Positions 29,608-39,323 of a stretch of DNA of 64,000 nucleotides are shown here, in pieces. The notes beneath the pieces were generated by a model. The model saw only the letters and a list, made by a program, of their open reading frames with translations. It did not search any database and was not told the DNA's origin. The position numbers and the translations under genes are program-made. Where the stretch lies: the IMG/VR virus record IMGVR_UViG_3300005614_000005, positions 1-64,000 of that record, one strand, 5' to 3'. The stretch is from a virus (Duplodnaviria; Caudoviricetes). Position 1 is the stretch's first letter, and every line of letters starts with the position of its first letter.

Positions 29608-30191
29608 GCGCGCACCACGTTCAGGTAGCGGCCTCGGGCCAACTCCACGACGTGCTCGCCTACCGTCACGTGGCTACCCTCCACCGAGATGAGCTCGCCG
29701 AACACCCGCTCTGGCGGATCGGCAAGAAGTAGCTCCACCAGCACTCCGCTTTCGTTGTTTGCGGCGTAGACCGCCGCTCGCCGCGTTCGACGTTGGCGGA
29801 CGGACGTCTCGTAGTGGACGTGGTGGGTGTCGAACTGCTGTTGGAGCAGCTCCGCAAGTCCGGGTGAAACAAGACGGTGCAACACTTCGAGTACGCACGC
29901 GGCGAACTCCGCGCCGTGTGACGGGAAGATCGGGTTGACGAGCAGGTGGGCAACGGCGTGGGCAACGCCCAACGGTCGTGCGCCCCATGGCGGGACGAGC
30001 AGCTCGCCCTCGCGAAGCACGAGGCGGCGGTTCGCGGCGACCGCGGTGACGCGTAGCTCCGCCAGGTCGTAGGTGCGACACGCCTCGTCCACCAGTGACG
30101 TGACGTGTTCGATGTCGAGAACAGTGTTGAGCGACGAGCTCCAGATCGCGTCCTCAGCCGCGATCACTCGCTTTCGTTGGTAGTCGCTCAC
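29604..30191 (-). CDS. Degenerate zincin-like metallopeptidase
   Basis: VAHAVAH...HGAEF, i.e. HExxH with E to A; TTGACA..TACGAT promoter. Confidence 0.55.
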   Translation of the reverse strand: MSDYQRKRVIAAEDAIWSSSLNTVLDIEHVTSLVDEACRTYDLAELRVTAVAANRRLVLREGELLVPPWGARPLGVAHAVAHLLVNPIFPSHGAEFAACVLEVLHRLVSPGLAELLQQQFDTHHVHYETSVRQRRTRRAAVYAANNESGVLVELLLADPPERVFGELISVEGSHVTVGEHVVELARGRYLNVVRA

Positions 30192-30269
30192 GCGGTCATC
30201 GTATCACTAAGGGGGTGTTTTTGTCAACCCGTCACCCGACCGAAGCCGGGTGACGTTTGGGCCTCCGGC

Positions 30270-30476
30270 CTAGGCGAACCGGTAGTGCTTGCTCACCGAC
30301 TCGGGGGCGGAGAGCGTGATGCGACCGCCGGGGTGACGGAGGCGAACGAGCTTCCGGCCCTGACGGGTCGTGAAGCCGAGGACCTCGGTGTGGCCGCGGA
30401 ACCAGTCGCCTTCGTACGGGGTGAGCATGAGACCCTTCTTGATGCGGCTCATGCGTGTTGCTCGCTTCTTGGTCAC
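30270..30476 (-). CDS. Small basic hypothetical protein
   Basis: GAAAGGAAG RBS and upstream TTGACG. Confidence 0.5.
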   Translation of the reverse strand: MTKKRATRMSRIKKGLMLTPYEGDWFRGHTEVLGFTTRQGRKLVRLRHPGGRITLSAPESVSKHYRFA

Positions 30477-30594
30477 TGTGATGCTTCCTTTCCTAGGTTG
30501 GGAATCACTACGGTCGCCTACTCTAACACGTCGTCAAGTGATCCGACGGCAGACGTCCGCGGCCGCGACCTGCGATGGTATAAGCTTCCGCTTC

Positions 30595-30888
30595 GTGTAC
30601 GTGGTTTACGCACTCGCCGAGCCGGGGATGAAGCCGTTCTACGTCGGGATCACGTCACGCTCCCTCAATACCCGCTTGGGCGAGCACGTCCGAGACGCAC
30701 GACGAGGAGGGCGACGTAAATGCCGCAACGCTCCCGCGCACATCCAGAAGATGAAGGTAAAGCCCCACATCTTTGGTCTCGCTGAAACAGTTACACGCGA
30801 CGACGCGCTTCACCTGGAGCAGCGGTGGATTCGACACGGCCTAGGAGTTGGCTGGCCGCTCGTGAACTGCCGTCCGAGCCCTGGGTAG
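30595..30888 (+). CDS. GIY-YIG nuclease (short)
   Basis: VYAL..FYVGIT..RLGEH; LEQRWI; LVN. Confidence 0.75.
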   Translation: MYVVYALAEPGMKPFYVGITSRSLNTRLGEHVRDARRGGRRKCRNAPAHIQKMKVKPHIFGLAETVTRDDALHLEQRWIRHGLGVGWPLVNCRPSPG

Positions 30889-30933
30889 GATCAGTGGGCT
30901 AGCATCTCCAAACGAACCAAGGAGTTACTCCAG

Positions 30934-31137
30934 ATGCCAGTTTCATCGCTGCAGGCAGCGATTCTGTCGCTCGTTACGACGGTGACGTCCATCGTCGTGG
31001 GCTTCGGGATCATCAACAACACGACCGCGGGCATCGTCGTTTCGGTGGCGGGCACGGCGGTCGCGGCGGTCTTCCAGGTCGCCAACGAGCTGCACCGTAA
31101 AACGGAAGCGGCTCCCGCAGTACCGGCTCGCAGGTAG
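30934..31137 (+). CDS. Holin-like two-TM membrane protein
   Basis: AAGGAG RBS; two hydrophobic helices; basic C-terminus. Confidence 0.55.
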   Translation: MPVSSLQAAILSLVTTVTSIVVGFGIINNTTAGIVVSVAGTAVAAVFQVANELHRKTEAAPAVPARR

Positions 31138-31245
31138 ATAAACGGCAGCCCGTCCTAGTGCCAACCCCGATACTGCGGCTGACGGGCGCCGCAGTATCGG
31201 CCTGTGTTTGATAGGGTAACTCTCGTGGCGAGGAACCTCCCTTAG

Positions 31246-33756
31246 ATGTCAGTACCGTTCCTCGACAAGGACCTCCTCCGCCAAGAACTTCCGATCGCGT
31301 TTGTCTGCGAACAGTTGGGCATCCAGCTCAACGAGCAGCACGAGGCGATCTGCATCTGGCACGATGATCACACGCCGTCGTTTCGGATCTGGACGGACGA
31401 CCGCGGGGTGGAGAAGTTCGGGTGCTTTCCCTGCGGAGTCCAGGGCGACGTGTACGACCTGCTCCGCCGCGCGGAGGGGCTCTCGTTCACCGACTCGCTA
31501 CTCCGTGCGGAGCAGTTGCGCGAAGAGCTCCCCGAAGGGTACGCGTCGATGGTCACGCGCGCCGCGAAGGTGGAGTTCGAGCAGGAGGCGTGTGAACGGT
31601 TTGTCGCCGACGGACTGGCACGCGCGTCGAGCCCCGAATCGGAGGGCTGGATGTGCGTCGTCCTGGGCCTCGTTGACGAGCGACGTGACCTCGAGTACCG
31701 CCGCGCGGTGGACCGCTACGTCCGCGAACGGTGGCGGTGGGGCATCGACCACGCTGGCAACACGATCATGCCGCACTACGACGCGCTCGGTCGCCTGACC
31801 GGCGCGAAGGTGCGGGCGTTCGACGGGCGACGGTGGAGCTTCCCCGGCAGCGCGTTTCCCGCGCTCTACGGCGCGTGGGTGCAGCGGCACACCCGGTTCG
31901 TCCTCCTGACCGAGGGCGAGTCAGACGCTGCGTTCGCCACGATCCAGAACCCGCCCGTGGACGTACTGGGGCTGCCGGCGGGGGCCGGAAAGTTCCGCGA
32001 CGAGTGGGCACAACTGGAGGCCGACATCTACTTCCTCGCGTTCGACGCCGACGACGCGGGCGTGTCGGCGACGCGTACTTGGCTGGAGGCGCTCAACGGC
32101 CGCGACGTCCGCGTCTGCCGGCTTCCCCGCACCCACGACCTACGTTCGGCGCGGCCCGCCATCTTGGACCTGCTCCAGCACGCGCAGCGACCCTCGCTTA
32201 CGAACGGCCAGGTGCTCGTGGCGAACGGGCGCTTTGAACGCATCACGACCCAGCAGCCGAAGCCGCTCTGCAGTTGGTATCTCGAGCCGGTAGCTCGACT
32301 CGAAGCGATGGACGAGTCGGTGATGCCGGCGCTCGAGGTCAATGTTGTCCGTAATGAACAACCGACGTCCGACGTGATTACCCTCGCCGACCTCCACTCG
32401 GCGAGCAAGCTTCGGACGTGGGCCGCCACCCGCGCACTTGACTGCACCGCGTCTGATCCCGACGTGCAGCAGATGGCGTCGTACCTCCTCGCCCGGTCGT
32501 CGGTGCTGCCGGAGGTGTTCCAGACATCGCGTGTTGGAGTGCACGACGCGCCCGAGCGGTACAAGTACGCGGGCCGCACCGTCGTGACCCCCACGAACAG
32601 CATCGGCCGGCTCCCGTGGAAGTACGTCGGGTCAGGCGAGGCGGTCGGCCACGTTCATCTCGAAGATGACGGACCCTACGACTGGGGGTGGATCAGCGCG
32701 TTCCTCGCGCTCACCGACCGCTCCATCACCTCGCCGCTACTGGCCTGGCTCGTCGCCGCGACACGACGTAACGAGGTCGAGCAGTTTCCCCTCCTCTTCC
32801 TCGGCGGTAGCTCGGGATCAGGCAAGACGACCACCGCGCGCCTCGCCACGCAGCTCTTCGGGTCGACACTCTCCGCGAGCCTCGCCTCCATCACGCAGTT
32901 CGCACTCATCCGAATGCTCGCACTCACCACGACCGTGCCCGTGTTCGTGGACGAGTGGAGCCTTCAGTCTCGTGAGGACGCACGCGGAGCGATCCAGTCG
33001 GTCGTCACCAGCATCTACGAGGGTGGCGTCACCACGCGCGGTCGCGCCGACCTGTCGGTCGTGGAGTTCAAGCTCTCGTCGCCAATCCTCATCGCCGGCG
33101 AGGATTCCTTCCACCTCGACCGCGAGGCCGAGCGCATGGTCGCGCTCCGAATGCGTCACAACTCGCAGAACTACGACGCGCTCAAGGCGCTCGTCGGCCA
33201 GCCGTTGCAACGCTTCGCGCGCTGGTATTACGACTGGCTCGTCACCGCCGACAACCTCCCGCCGATGCCGTCCACCGCGCTGACGCGGCCCGAGTATAAC
33301 CGCGCGGTGCTGGATGCCGGGTGGATGACGTTGCAGCAGTTCGCCCGGTACGTCTCAGACCGCGACGCGCAGGTCATTCCCGACCTCGGTGAGCTCGACC
33401 TGACGCAGCTCGAGCAGGCCGACGACGACCGCGAGAACGAGTACGAGGCGTTCGTAATGGAGGGGCTAGCACTACGCGACGCAGAAGGACTCCCGCTCGT
33501 TTGGCCCGACGTACAGGGGCGCGGCACGTTCATCCGCTTCCGCCCGTTGACGTCGTGGGTGAACATGAACCGCGTGGACGTGGAGTTGGCTGGTCGCTCG
33601 CGGGCCATGCGCTCCTACTTCGCGGACCGGTACGTACTGACCGACGAACGCGTGAAAGCTCCGTTCAGTGACCGGCCCATCCGTGCCACGTTGGTTGCCG
33701 GCTTGCACGTAGCTCCGGAGCTAGAGTCGACCGAGATGGAGACCCCAGTCGAATGA
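31246..33756 (+). CDS. DNA primase-helicase (CHC2 Zn finger, TOPRIM, P-loop NTPase)
   Basis: CIWHDDHTPS..CFPC; TEGESD; FDADDAG; GSSGSGKTT; VFVDE. Confidence 0.9.
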   Translation: MSVPFLDKDLLRQELPIAFVCEQLGIQLNEQHEAICIWHDDHTPSFRIWTDDRGVEKFGCFPCGVQGDVYDLLRRAEGLSFTDSLLRAEQLREELPEGYASMVTRAAKVEFEQEACERFVADGLARASSPESEGWMCVVLGLVDERRDLEYRRAVDRYVRERWRWGIDHAGNTIMPHYDALGRLTGAKVRAFDGRRWSFPGSAFPALYGAWVQRHTRFVLLTEGESDAAFATIQNPPVDVLGLPAGAGKFRDEWAQLEADIYFLAFDADDAGVSATRTWLEALNGRDVRVCRLPRTHDLRSARPAILDLLQHAQRPSLTNGQVLVANGRFERITTQQPKPLCSWYLEPVARLEAMDESVMPALEVNVVRNEQPTSDVITLADLHSASKLRTWAATRALDCTASDPDVQQMASYLLARSSVLPEVFQTSRVGVHDAPERYKYAGRTVVTPTNSIGRLPWKYVGSGEAVGHVHLEDDGPYDWGWISAFLALTDRSITSPLLAWLVAATRRNEVEQFPLLFLGGSSGSGKTTTARLATQLFGSTLSASLASITQFALIRMLALTTTVPVFVDEWSLQSREDARGAIQSVVTSIYEGGVTTRGRADLSVVEFKLSSPILIAGEDSFHLDREAERMVALRMRHNSQNYDALKALVGQPLQRFARWYYDWLVTADNLPPMPSTALTRPEYNRAVLDAGWMTLQQFARYVSDRDAQVIPDLGELDLTQLEQADDDRENEYEAFVMEGLALRDAEGLPLVWPDVQGRGTFIRFRPLTSWVNMNRVDVELAGRSRAMRSYFADRYVLTDERVKAPFSDRPIRATLVAGLHVAPELESTEMETPVE

Positions 33757-34625
33757 GCGAAGATCACTCCTCGGGACTCTCCCGTTTCTTCACCCAGGCC
33801 TCCAAGCTACCGCTCCTCACCGCCACCCAAGAGGTCGAGCTAGCGGAACGTCGTGACAAGGGCGACAAGCGCGCCGAACAGAAGCTCGTGGAACACAACA
33901 TCCGCCTCGCGATCTCCATCGCGAAGCACTGGCGGAACCGCGGGCTCCCGCTCGAGGACCTCGTGCAAGAGGGGATGCTTGGACTCCACCGCGCCGCCAC
34001 CAAGTTTGACCCGAGCAAGGGCAACCGCTTCTCCACCTACGCGAGTTGGTGGGTCACCCACTTCGTCCAACGCGCCGTGCAGAACACAGGGCAGACGATC
34101 CGCACACCCGGTCACGTCACTGCGCGGCGCCTGACTCTCGAAAACCACCTGATGGAGTTTCCCGACACGTCGCACGAGGAGCTCGCGGTGATCGCGAAGT
34201 GCACGGTCGATGAGGTGCAGGAGGCGCTCGACGCGGGACGCATCTCAGCGTCGCTCGACTCACTACTGGACGACTCGCTCTCCGCGCACGAGATCCTCGC
34301 CGACCCAAACGCGGTGCGACCCGACGAGATCGTGGTTCAGGACCGTCGGGTGCGTGACGCGCTCGGTAAGCTCGGTGAGTTGGAACGGCGCGTCCTTGAA
34401 CTTCGCTTTGGCTTCGACGGCCCGGTTCGCAAGCGCGCGGACGTGGCGGAGATTCTCGAGGTCAGCCAGCGCTCCGTTCAGCACGCGCAGAAGGTCGCAC
34501 TCCTACGGCTGCGCGAGCTTCTCCACGACGAGCGAATGACCCCGATCACCAGCGCCGCGCTGCGCGCAGCCGCGCTGGACAAGACCGAGCCAATTTGCTC
34601 CCGACCGGAACCCGCACCATGCTGA
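33753..34625 (+). CDS. Sigma-70 family RNA polymerase sigma factor
   Basis: LVEHNIRL, DLVQEGMLGL, KFDPSKGNRFSTYASWW, region 4 ERRVLELRFG. Confidence 0.95.
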   Translation: MSEDHSSGLSRFFTQASKLPLLTATQEVELAERRDKGDKRAEQKLVEHNIRLAISIAKHWRNRGLPLEDLVQEGMLGLHRAATKFDPSKGNRFSTYASWWVTHFVQRAVQNTGQTIRTPGHVTARRLTLENHLMEFPDTSHEELAVIAKCTVDEVQEALDAGRISASLDSLLDDSLSAHEILADPNAVRPDEIVVQDRRVRDALGKLGELERRVLELRFGFDGPVRKRADVAEILEVSQRSVQHAQKVALLRLRELLHDERMTPITSAALRAAALDKTEPICSRPEPAPC

Positions 34626-35548
34626 TCATCATCGAGGGACTTGACCGTACCGGAAAGTCAACGCTCGCGGGCTTCATCGCGATGAAAAACAAGCCAACGG
34701 CGTTGCTCCACTTCAGCAAGCCCGAGAAGCACCCACTCTTCGAGTACGTCGAGCCGCTCCTCGCGTACGACCCGTGCGCACCCGGGAACGTGGTCCTCGA
34801 CCGCGGCCACCTGGGTGAGAGCGTTTGGCCGAGCGTGTTCGGGCGGGGGTCAGAGCTTGACGAGCCGACGCGGCGTTGGATCGAGCTCTTCCTGCTGTCG
34901 CGCGGCGCCGTACTCGTCCACGCGAAACGCGACCTGCAGGAGCTGATCGACGCTTGCGCGGCTGACGACGAGCCAATCCAGGGCGAGCAGATCGTGGACG
35001 CAAACGCACACTTCCGCGTGGCGCTCTCCGAATCGGTCCTGCCCCAGTTTCCCTTCTGCCACTCATCACCCGACCGTGAACTGCAGATCCTCGACATCCT
35101 GGCCCAGGGGATGCTCGACCAGATGCGCGCCGCGCTGATCACGCAGGTCACCTACGAGTGGATCGGCAACCCCCGCCCACACACCCTCCTCGTGGGGGAC
35201 CAGGGTAACCTCGGTCCCGGCCGCCGTGCTGACTGGCCGCTCCCGTTCGTGCCGTTCGGCGGCACGTCGGGCCACTTCCTCTTCGATGAGTTGGGGATCG
35301 GCGACCGGTGGAGGCACGTCGCGGTCGTGAACTCGCGGCGGCCAGACGGCGCCGTCGAGGACCTGCCTCGGCTTCACGCGTTGATGGGCTACCCTCGGGT
35401 CGTGACCCTCGGCGAGAAGGCGCACCACGTCGCGTCAGACCTCGGTGTCGAGCACGCGCAGGTGCCCCACCCGCAGTACGTGCGCCGCTTTGAGCGCCGG
35501 CGCGGTCGTGGCTACTACGCGGGGCTCATCTTGGAGGCAACATCGTGA
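34619..35548 (+). CDS. dNMP (thymidylate-type) kinase fused to a UDG-superfamily-like domain
   Basis: IEGLDRTGKST and LDRGHLGE; C-terminal VGDQ..PF..SG..L, VVN, VTLGEKA, PHP. Confidence 0.8.
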   Translation: MLIIIEGLDRTGKSTLAGFIAMKNKPTALLHFSKPEKHPLFEYVEPLLAYDPCAPGNVVLDRGHLGESVWPSVFGRGSELDEPTRRWIELFLLSRGAVLVHAKRDLQELIDACAADDEPIQGEQIVDANAHFRVALSESVLPQFPFCHSSPDRELQILDILAQGMLDQMRAALITQVTYEWIGNPRPHTLLVGDQGNLGPGRRADWPLPFVPFGGTSGHFLFDELGIGDRWRHVAVVNSRRPDGAVEDLPRLHALMGYPRVVTLGEKAHHVASDLGVEHAQVPHPQYVRRFERRRGRGYYAGLILEATS

Positions 35549-36387
35549 ACATCGAAATCGCAGACCTGCGGGGCGGCTACATCACCCTCGTGGAAGCAAT
35601 CCAGCAGCACGGCAAGCCCGTCGCGCCGCGCGGGATGCCGACGCTCGAGCTCCTGAACGCGACGGTCACACTGCACGACCCGAGTGACGCGATGCCCGTC
35701 GGGATTGGGAGGAAACCGAACCTCGCGATCGGCGCGGCCGAGGCGCTTCAGCTCATCGGCGGGTTCAGCGACCCCGAGATGATGGCGTCGATCACCAAGA
35801 ACTTCGAACGCTTCTTCGACGGCGGCGTGCTCTCCGGCGCCTACGGTCCACGTATCCGGACCCAGCTCGAGCACGTGGTCGAGCGCCTCAAGCAGGACCC
35901 CGACACCCGCCAGGCCATCGCGGTCATCTGGGATCCACTCCACGACGGGATCGGGTCGGTGCCTCGTGACCTGCCCTGCACCCTCGTGCTGCACTTCGTG
36001 ATCCGCGACGGGAAGCTCTCGCTCTGCACCACGATGCGCAGTAACGACGTGTGGTGGGGTGTCGGATACGACTTCTTCCAGTTCACCCAGCTCCAACTCT
36101 CGGTGGCACGGATCTTGAAAGTCAAGGCTGGCCCCTACTACCACCACGCCACCTCGCTGCACATGTACGAGCGCGACTTCCCCGCTGCCGAGGAGCTTCA
36201 CCAGCCCGAGTCACGCTCGGCGCCCGATCCGCGTCCACGCGGCCTGAAAGCGTCGTCCGTCGCGGAACTGCAAGAGAACGCGCGCCGGATCTGGAACCTG
36301 GAGTCGGTAATCGGCGAGGGCTTCTTGGAGCACTGGTACCGCGAGCAGCTCCGGCCCCACGTGCGTGTGAGTCGTGTGCAAGCCTAA
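35545..36387 (+). CDS. Thymidylate-synthase-family enzyme, dCMP-type (probable dCMP hydroxymethylase)
   Basis: YGPRI, DTRQA, LPC (catalytic), MRSNDVWWGVGYD (Asp at the ThyA Asn position), SLHMY. Confidence 0.85.
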   Translation: MNIEIADLRGGYITLVEAIQQHGKPVAPRGMPTLELLNATVTLHDPSDAMPVGIGRKPNLAIGAAEALQLIGGFSDPEMMASITKNFERFFDGGVLSGAYGPRIRTQLEHVVERLKQDPDTRQAIAVIWDPLHDGIGSVPRDLPCTLVLHFVIRDGKLSLCTTMRSNDVWWGVGYDFFQFTQLQLSVARILKVKAGPYYHHATSLHMYERDFPAAEELHQPESRSAPDPRPRGLKASSVAELQENARRIWNLESVIGEGFLEHWYREQLRPHVRVSRVQA

Positions 36388-36706
36388 CGTTCACGGCGAG
36401 TGGAAGATGCGCACCGAGGCGGGTCGCGAGACATGTAGGTGTTGCACGTACTGCGGCGGCATCCACCCTGAGGACCTCGTCACCTTGCTCAACGAAGGCG
36501 TGCGTCTCCAGAACACGGATTGGAAGTACGGTTGGCCGCACAAGTTCTACGTGATCGGTCCCGACGGTAGCTGGCTCGGCAAGTTCTACACGACGCACAT
36601 GCAGGAGTCCTGCGTGACCGACGAGATCCGCGAGCGCGTGCAGCGCGCCACCGGTATCCTCTACCGCGTCCACGACGGGCACCTGCACTACTGCTGCGTA
36701 GGGTAA
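36374..36706 (+). CDS. Cys-rich hypothetical protein
   Basis: CTYCGGIHP and WKYGWPHKFY. Confidence 0.6.
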   Translation: MCKPNVHGEWKMRTEAGRETCRCCTYCGGIHPEDLVTLLNEGVRLQNTDWKYGWPHKFYVIGPDGSWLGKFYTTHMQESCVTDEIRERVQRATGILYRVHDGHLHYCCVG

Positions 36707-38454
36707 TGGGCGACCTCGCGGACGTCCAGCTTACGTTCGTCGAGACGCTGGACGACCTCGACAACTTCCGCGCGTGGCTCGGCCAACGGCGCGAGTGGCT
36801 CGGCGCCGACATCGAGACGACCGGCCTGAACTGCGGACGTGACAAGGTCCGCCTCATGCAGTTCGGTGACCTCGACCAGGGGTGGGCGATTCCGTGGGAG
36901 GACTACCGCGGCGCGATCAAGGACCTCCTGCCCCGGTATAAGGGCCGGATCGTTTTCCACAACGCCATCTTCGACACGAAGTTCCTCAAGCGGGAGGGCG
37001 TTCACATCCCGCAGGAGTGGTGCCACGACACGATGGTCATGTGTCACCTCCTCGACCCGCGCACCAGCATCGGCCTCAAGAGCGCGGCCGCGCGGTACGT
37101 GGACCGACGCGCGTGGATCGGTAAGGACGCGCTGAGCGAAGCCTTCCGCCACGGGAAATGGGACTGGGCGACAGTCCCCGTTGACCATCCCTCCTACTGG
37201 CTCTACTCCGCGCTCGACACCGTCCTGACCGCGCACCTCGCCGCGGCCATCTGGCCCAAGGTCGAGCCCTTCCGCAAGGTGTACGAGGTCGAGATGGCGT
37301 GCATCCACGTACTTCGCGACGCGGGGCTGACCGGCGTTCGGATCGACATGCCGTACGTCGAAGAGAAGCGTGTCGAGCTTTTGCTCGAGCTGGAGCAGCT
37401 CTCGGCGCAGATCCCGTGCGAACCGTCCAAGGACGCGCAGGTCGTGAAGATGTTGCAGGAACGCGGCGCCGTACTCACCCACAAGACCAAGTCGGGCGCC
37501 ATCTCCGTGGACGACGAAGCACTCGCCGAGGTGGAGCCGTCCTTCCCCGACATCGTCAAGCCGCTCCGCGAGTGGCGGACCAAGTCACGACTCGTGTCGT
37601 CGTACCTCGACAACATGCTCTCGATGAACGTGGACGGAATCCTGCACCCGTCGGTCAAGCCGCTCGGCGCGCGAACTGCGCGCATGTCAGTGACCGAGCC
37701 CGCACTCCAGACGCTGCCCCGTGGTCGCACGATCCGCGACGCATTCATCTCGCGTGAGGGCCAGACGCTGATCCTCGCGGATTACGAGCAGGCCGAGCTT
37801 CGGGTGCTGGCGAGCTTCGCGCACGAGACGTCGATGATCGAGGCGTTCATGCGCGGCGAGGACCTGCACCGGTGGGTCGCCTCGCAGGCGTACCAGAAGA
37901 CGACCGAGGAAGTCACCAAGCCCGAGCGGCAGGTGTCGAAGAACACGCAGTTCGCGCGGGTCTACGGCGCCGGCAACGCGAAGATCGCGCTCACCGCTGG
38001 CGTGCCGGTTGCCGTTATCGACCAGTTTGTCATGCGGTACAACCAGCTCTTCCCGGGCATCCCGGAATTCACAAACGCAACGATCCGCGAAGTGCTCAGC
38101 ACGCAGTTCAACGGCGAGAGTAAGTGCGGGTACGTCGAGACGATCCTCGGCCGCCGGCTCCCCGTCGAGCACAACAAGTCATACGTCGGGGTCAACTACA
38201 AGGTCCAGTGTTCGGCGACCGCCGACCTGCTCAAGTTGAAGCTCGTGGAGCTCGACGCGGCGGGGCTCGGCGAGTTCATCCGCCTTCCAGTCCACGACGA
38301 GATCATGTTTGAGGTCCCAGACGACCAGCTCGATGAAGTCGAGGAGGTCGTGCGCCGCGTGATGCCTGAGACCAAGCTCTTCGAGTGCCCGATCACGGTG
38401 GATGTAGAGCGCACGAAGTGCTGGGGCCACAAGTACGGCTGGGCTGAGAATTGA
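36706..38454 (+). CDS. Family A DNA polymerase with 3'-5' exonuclease
   Basis: DIETTG, HNAIFD, YSALD; motif A ADYEQAELR, motif B K...F...YG, motif C VHDE. Confidence 0.95.
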   Translation: MGDLADVQLTFVETLDDLDNFRAWLGQRREWLGADIETTGLNCGRDKVRLMQFGDLDQGWAIPWEDYRGAIKDLLPRYKGRIVFHNAIFDTKFLKREGVHIPQEWCHDTMVMCHLLDPRTSIGLKSAAARYVDRRAWIGKDALSEAFRHGKWDWATVPVDHPSYWLYSALDTVLTAHLAAAIWPKVEPFRKVYEVEMACIHVLRDAGLTGVRIDMPYVEEKRVELLLELEQLSAQIPCEPSKDAQVVKMLQERGAVLTHKTKSGAISVDDEALAEVEPSFPDIVKPLREWRTKSRLVSSYLDNMLSMNVDGILHPSVKPLGARTARMSVTEPALQTLPRGRTIRDAFISREGQTLILADYEQAELRVLASFAHETSMIEAFMRGEDLHRWVASQAYQKTTEEVTKPERQVSKNTQFARVYGAGNAKIALTAGVPVAVIDQFVMRYNQLFPGIPEFTNATIREVLSTQFNGESKCGYVETILGRRLPVEHNKSYVGVNYKVQCSATADLLKLKLVELDAAGLGEFIRLPVHDEIMFEVPDDQLDEVEEVVRRVMPETKLFECPITVDVERTKCWGHKYGWAEN

Positions 38455-38831
38455 GCAAGAACCGCCGCAGTTACGTCCACATCTTCTTCGCCCACAACGG
38501 TCCGGGACCGTACGAGTGCTTCTTCTGTCATAAGCCCGTCACTTTCGATGACGTCAACATTCATCACAAGGATGAAGACCCCGAGAATAACGATCCAGCG
38601 AACTTGAAGGCCTCACACCGCGGATGCCACAACAGTTTTCATAACAAGGGTCACACGTGGAATCGTGGTAAGCGATGGAATGCAGAGCAGCGAGCACGCC
38701 ACTCTGCGTTGATGCGAAAACGATACGAGGATCCAGAGTATCGAGCACGACAAGCTGCGACACAGAACGCGCGTCCCCGTGATGCGAAGGGTCGTCTTAT
38801 GCCAGGAGCAGCGTGCGCGTCCTCGCGATAG
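38451..38831 (+). CDS. HNH endonuclease (free-standing, lower GC)
   Basis: CFFC..IHHKDEDPENN...NL....CHNSFH. Confidence 0.85.
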   Translation: MSKNRRSYVHIFFAHNGPGPYECFFCHKPVTFDDVNIHHKDEDPENNDPANLKASHRGCHNSFHNKGHTWNRGKRWNAEQRARHSALMRKRYEDPEYRARQAATQNARPRDAKGRLMPGAACASSR

Positions 38832-39268
38832 ATCCGGGCGGCAACACGGGCCTCGCGCTCTGGAATGACGGGGCGTGGTGGGCGTGGGCTGAGCCAGCGG
38901 AGCAAGCGCTCGTTACGGTGCACAACGCCCTCAATGACGGCGACCTCAACCAGCTCGTGTCAGAGTCGTTCATCATCTCGACAGCGACCGCCAAGAAGAG
39001 TCAGGACGGTCTCGTGTCCATCGAGATGATCGGGGTCATGCGGTACCTCTCGCGCGTGTACAACGTTCCCTTTGAGACGCAGACGCCCTCCGACGCGAAG
39101 AGCTTCGCGACCGACGAAAAGCTCAAGGCGTGGAAGTGGTGGACGCGCGGTGTAGATCACCCGCGCGATGCCTCGCGGCACCTGATGACCTGGCTCTGCA
39201 AGCACGGCTACATCGACCTCACCGAGCTTCGACACCGTCTGGATTCCGCGAGCGGCGGCGCGAGCTGA
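38813..39268 (+). CDS. RuvC-like Holliday junction resolvase
   Basis: VLAIDPGGNTG, VSESF, HPRDASRH. Confidence 0.8.
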   Translation: MRVLAIDPGGNTGLALWNDGAWWAWAEPAEQALVTVHNALNDGDLNQLVSESFIISTATAKKSQDGLVSIEMIGVMRYLSRVYNVPFETQTPSDAKSFATDEKLKAWKWWTRGVDHPRDASRHLMTWLCKHGYIDLTELRHRLDSASGGAS

Positions 39269-39323
39269 GTATGGTCCGATCCGTGCCCAAGCCCTCGCCG
39301 TCCACCGTCCTAGGAGACGCGAC

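Noticed and set aside
35545-36387. Ordinary thyA
   Set aside because: It has Asp instead of the dUMP-specifying Asn, so the symbol was withheld.
6876-36387. Mildiomycin-like nucleoside antibiotic cluster (MilA/MilB-like genes)
   Set aside because: The genes are far apart and embedded in a phage replication context; DNA modification is the simpler explanation.
36706-38831. Intron or intein in the polymerase
   Set aside because: The polymerase ORF is continuous through motif C, and the HNH begins at its stop codon.
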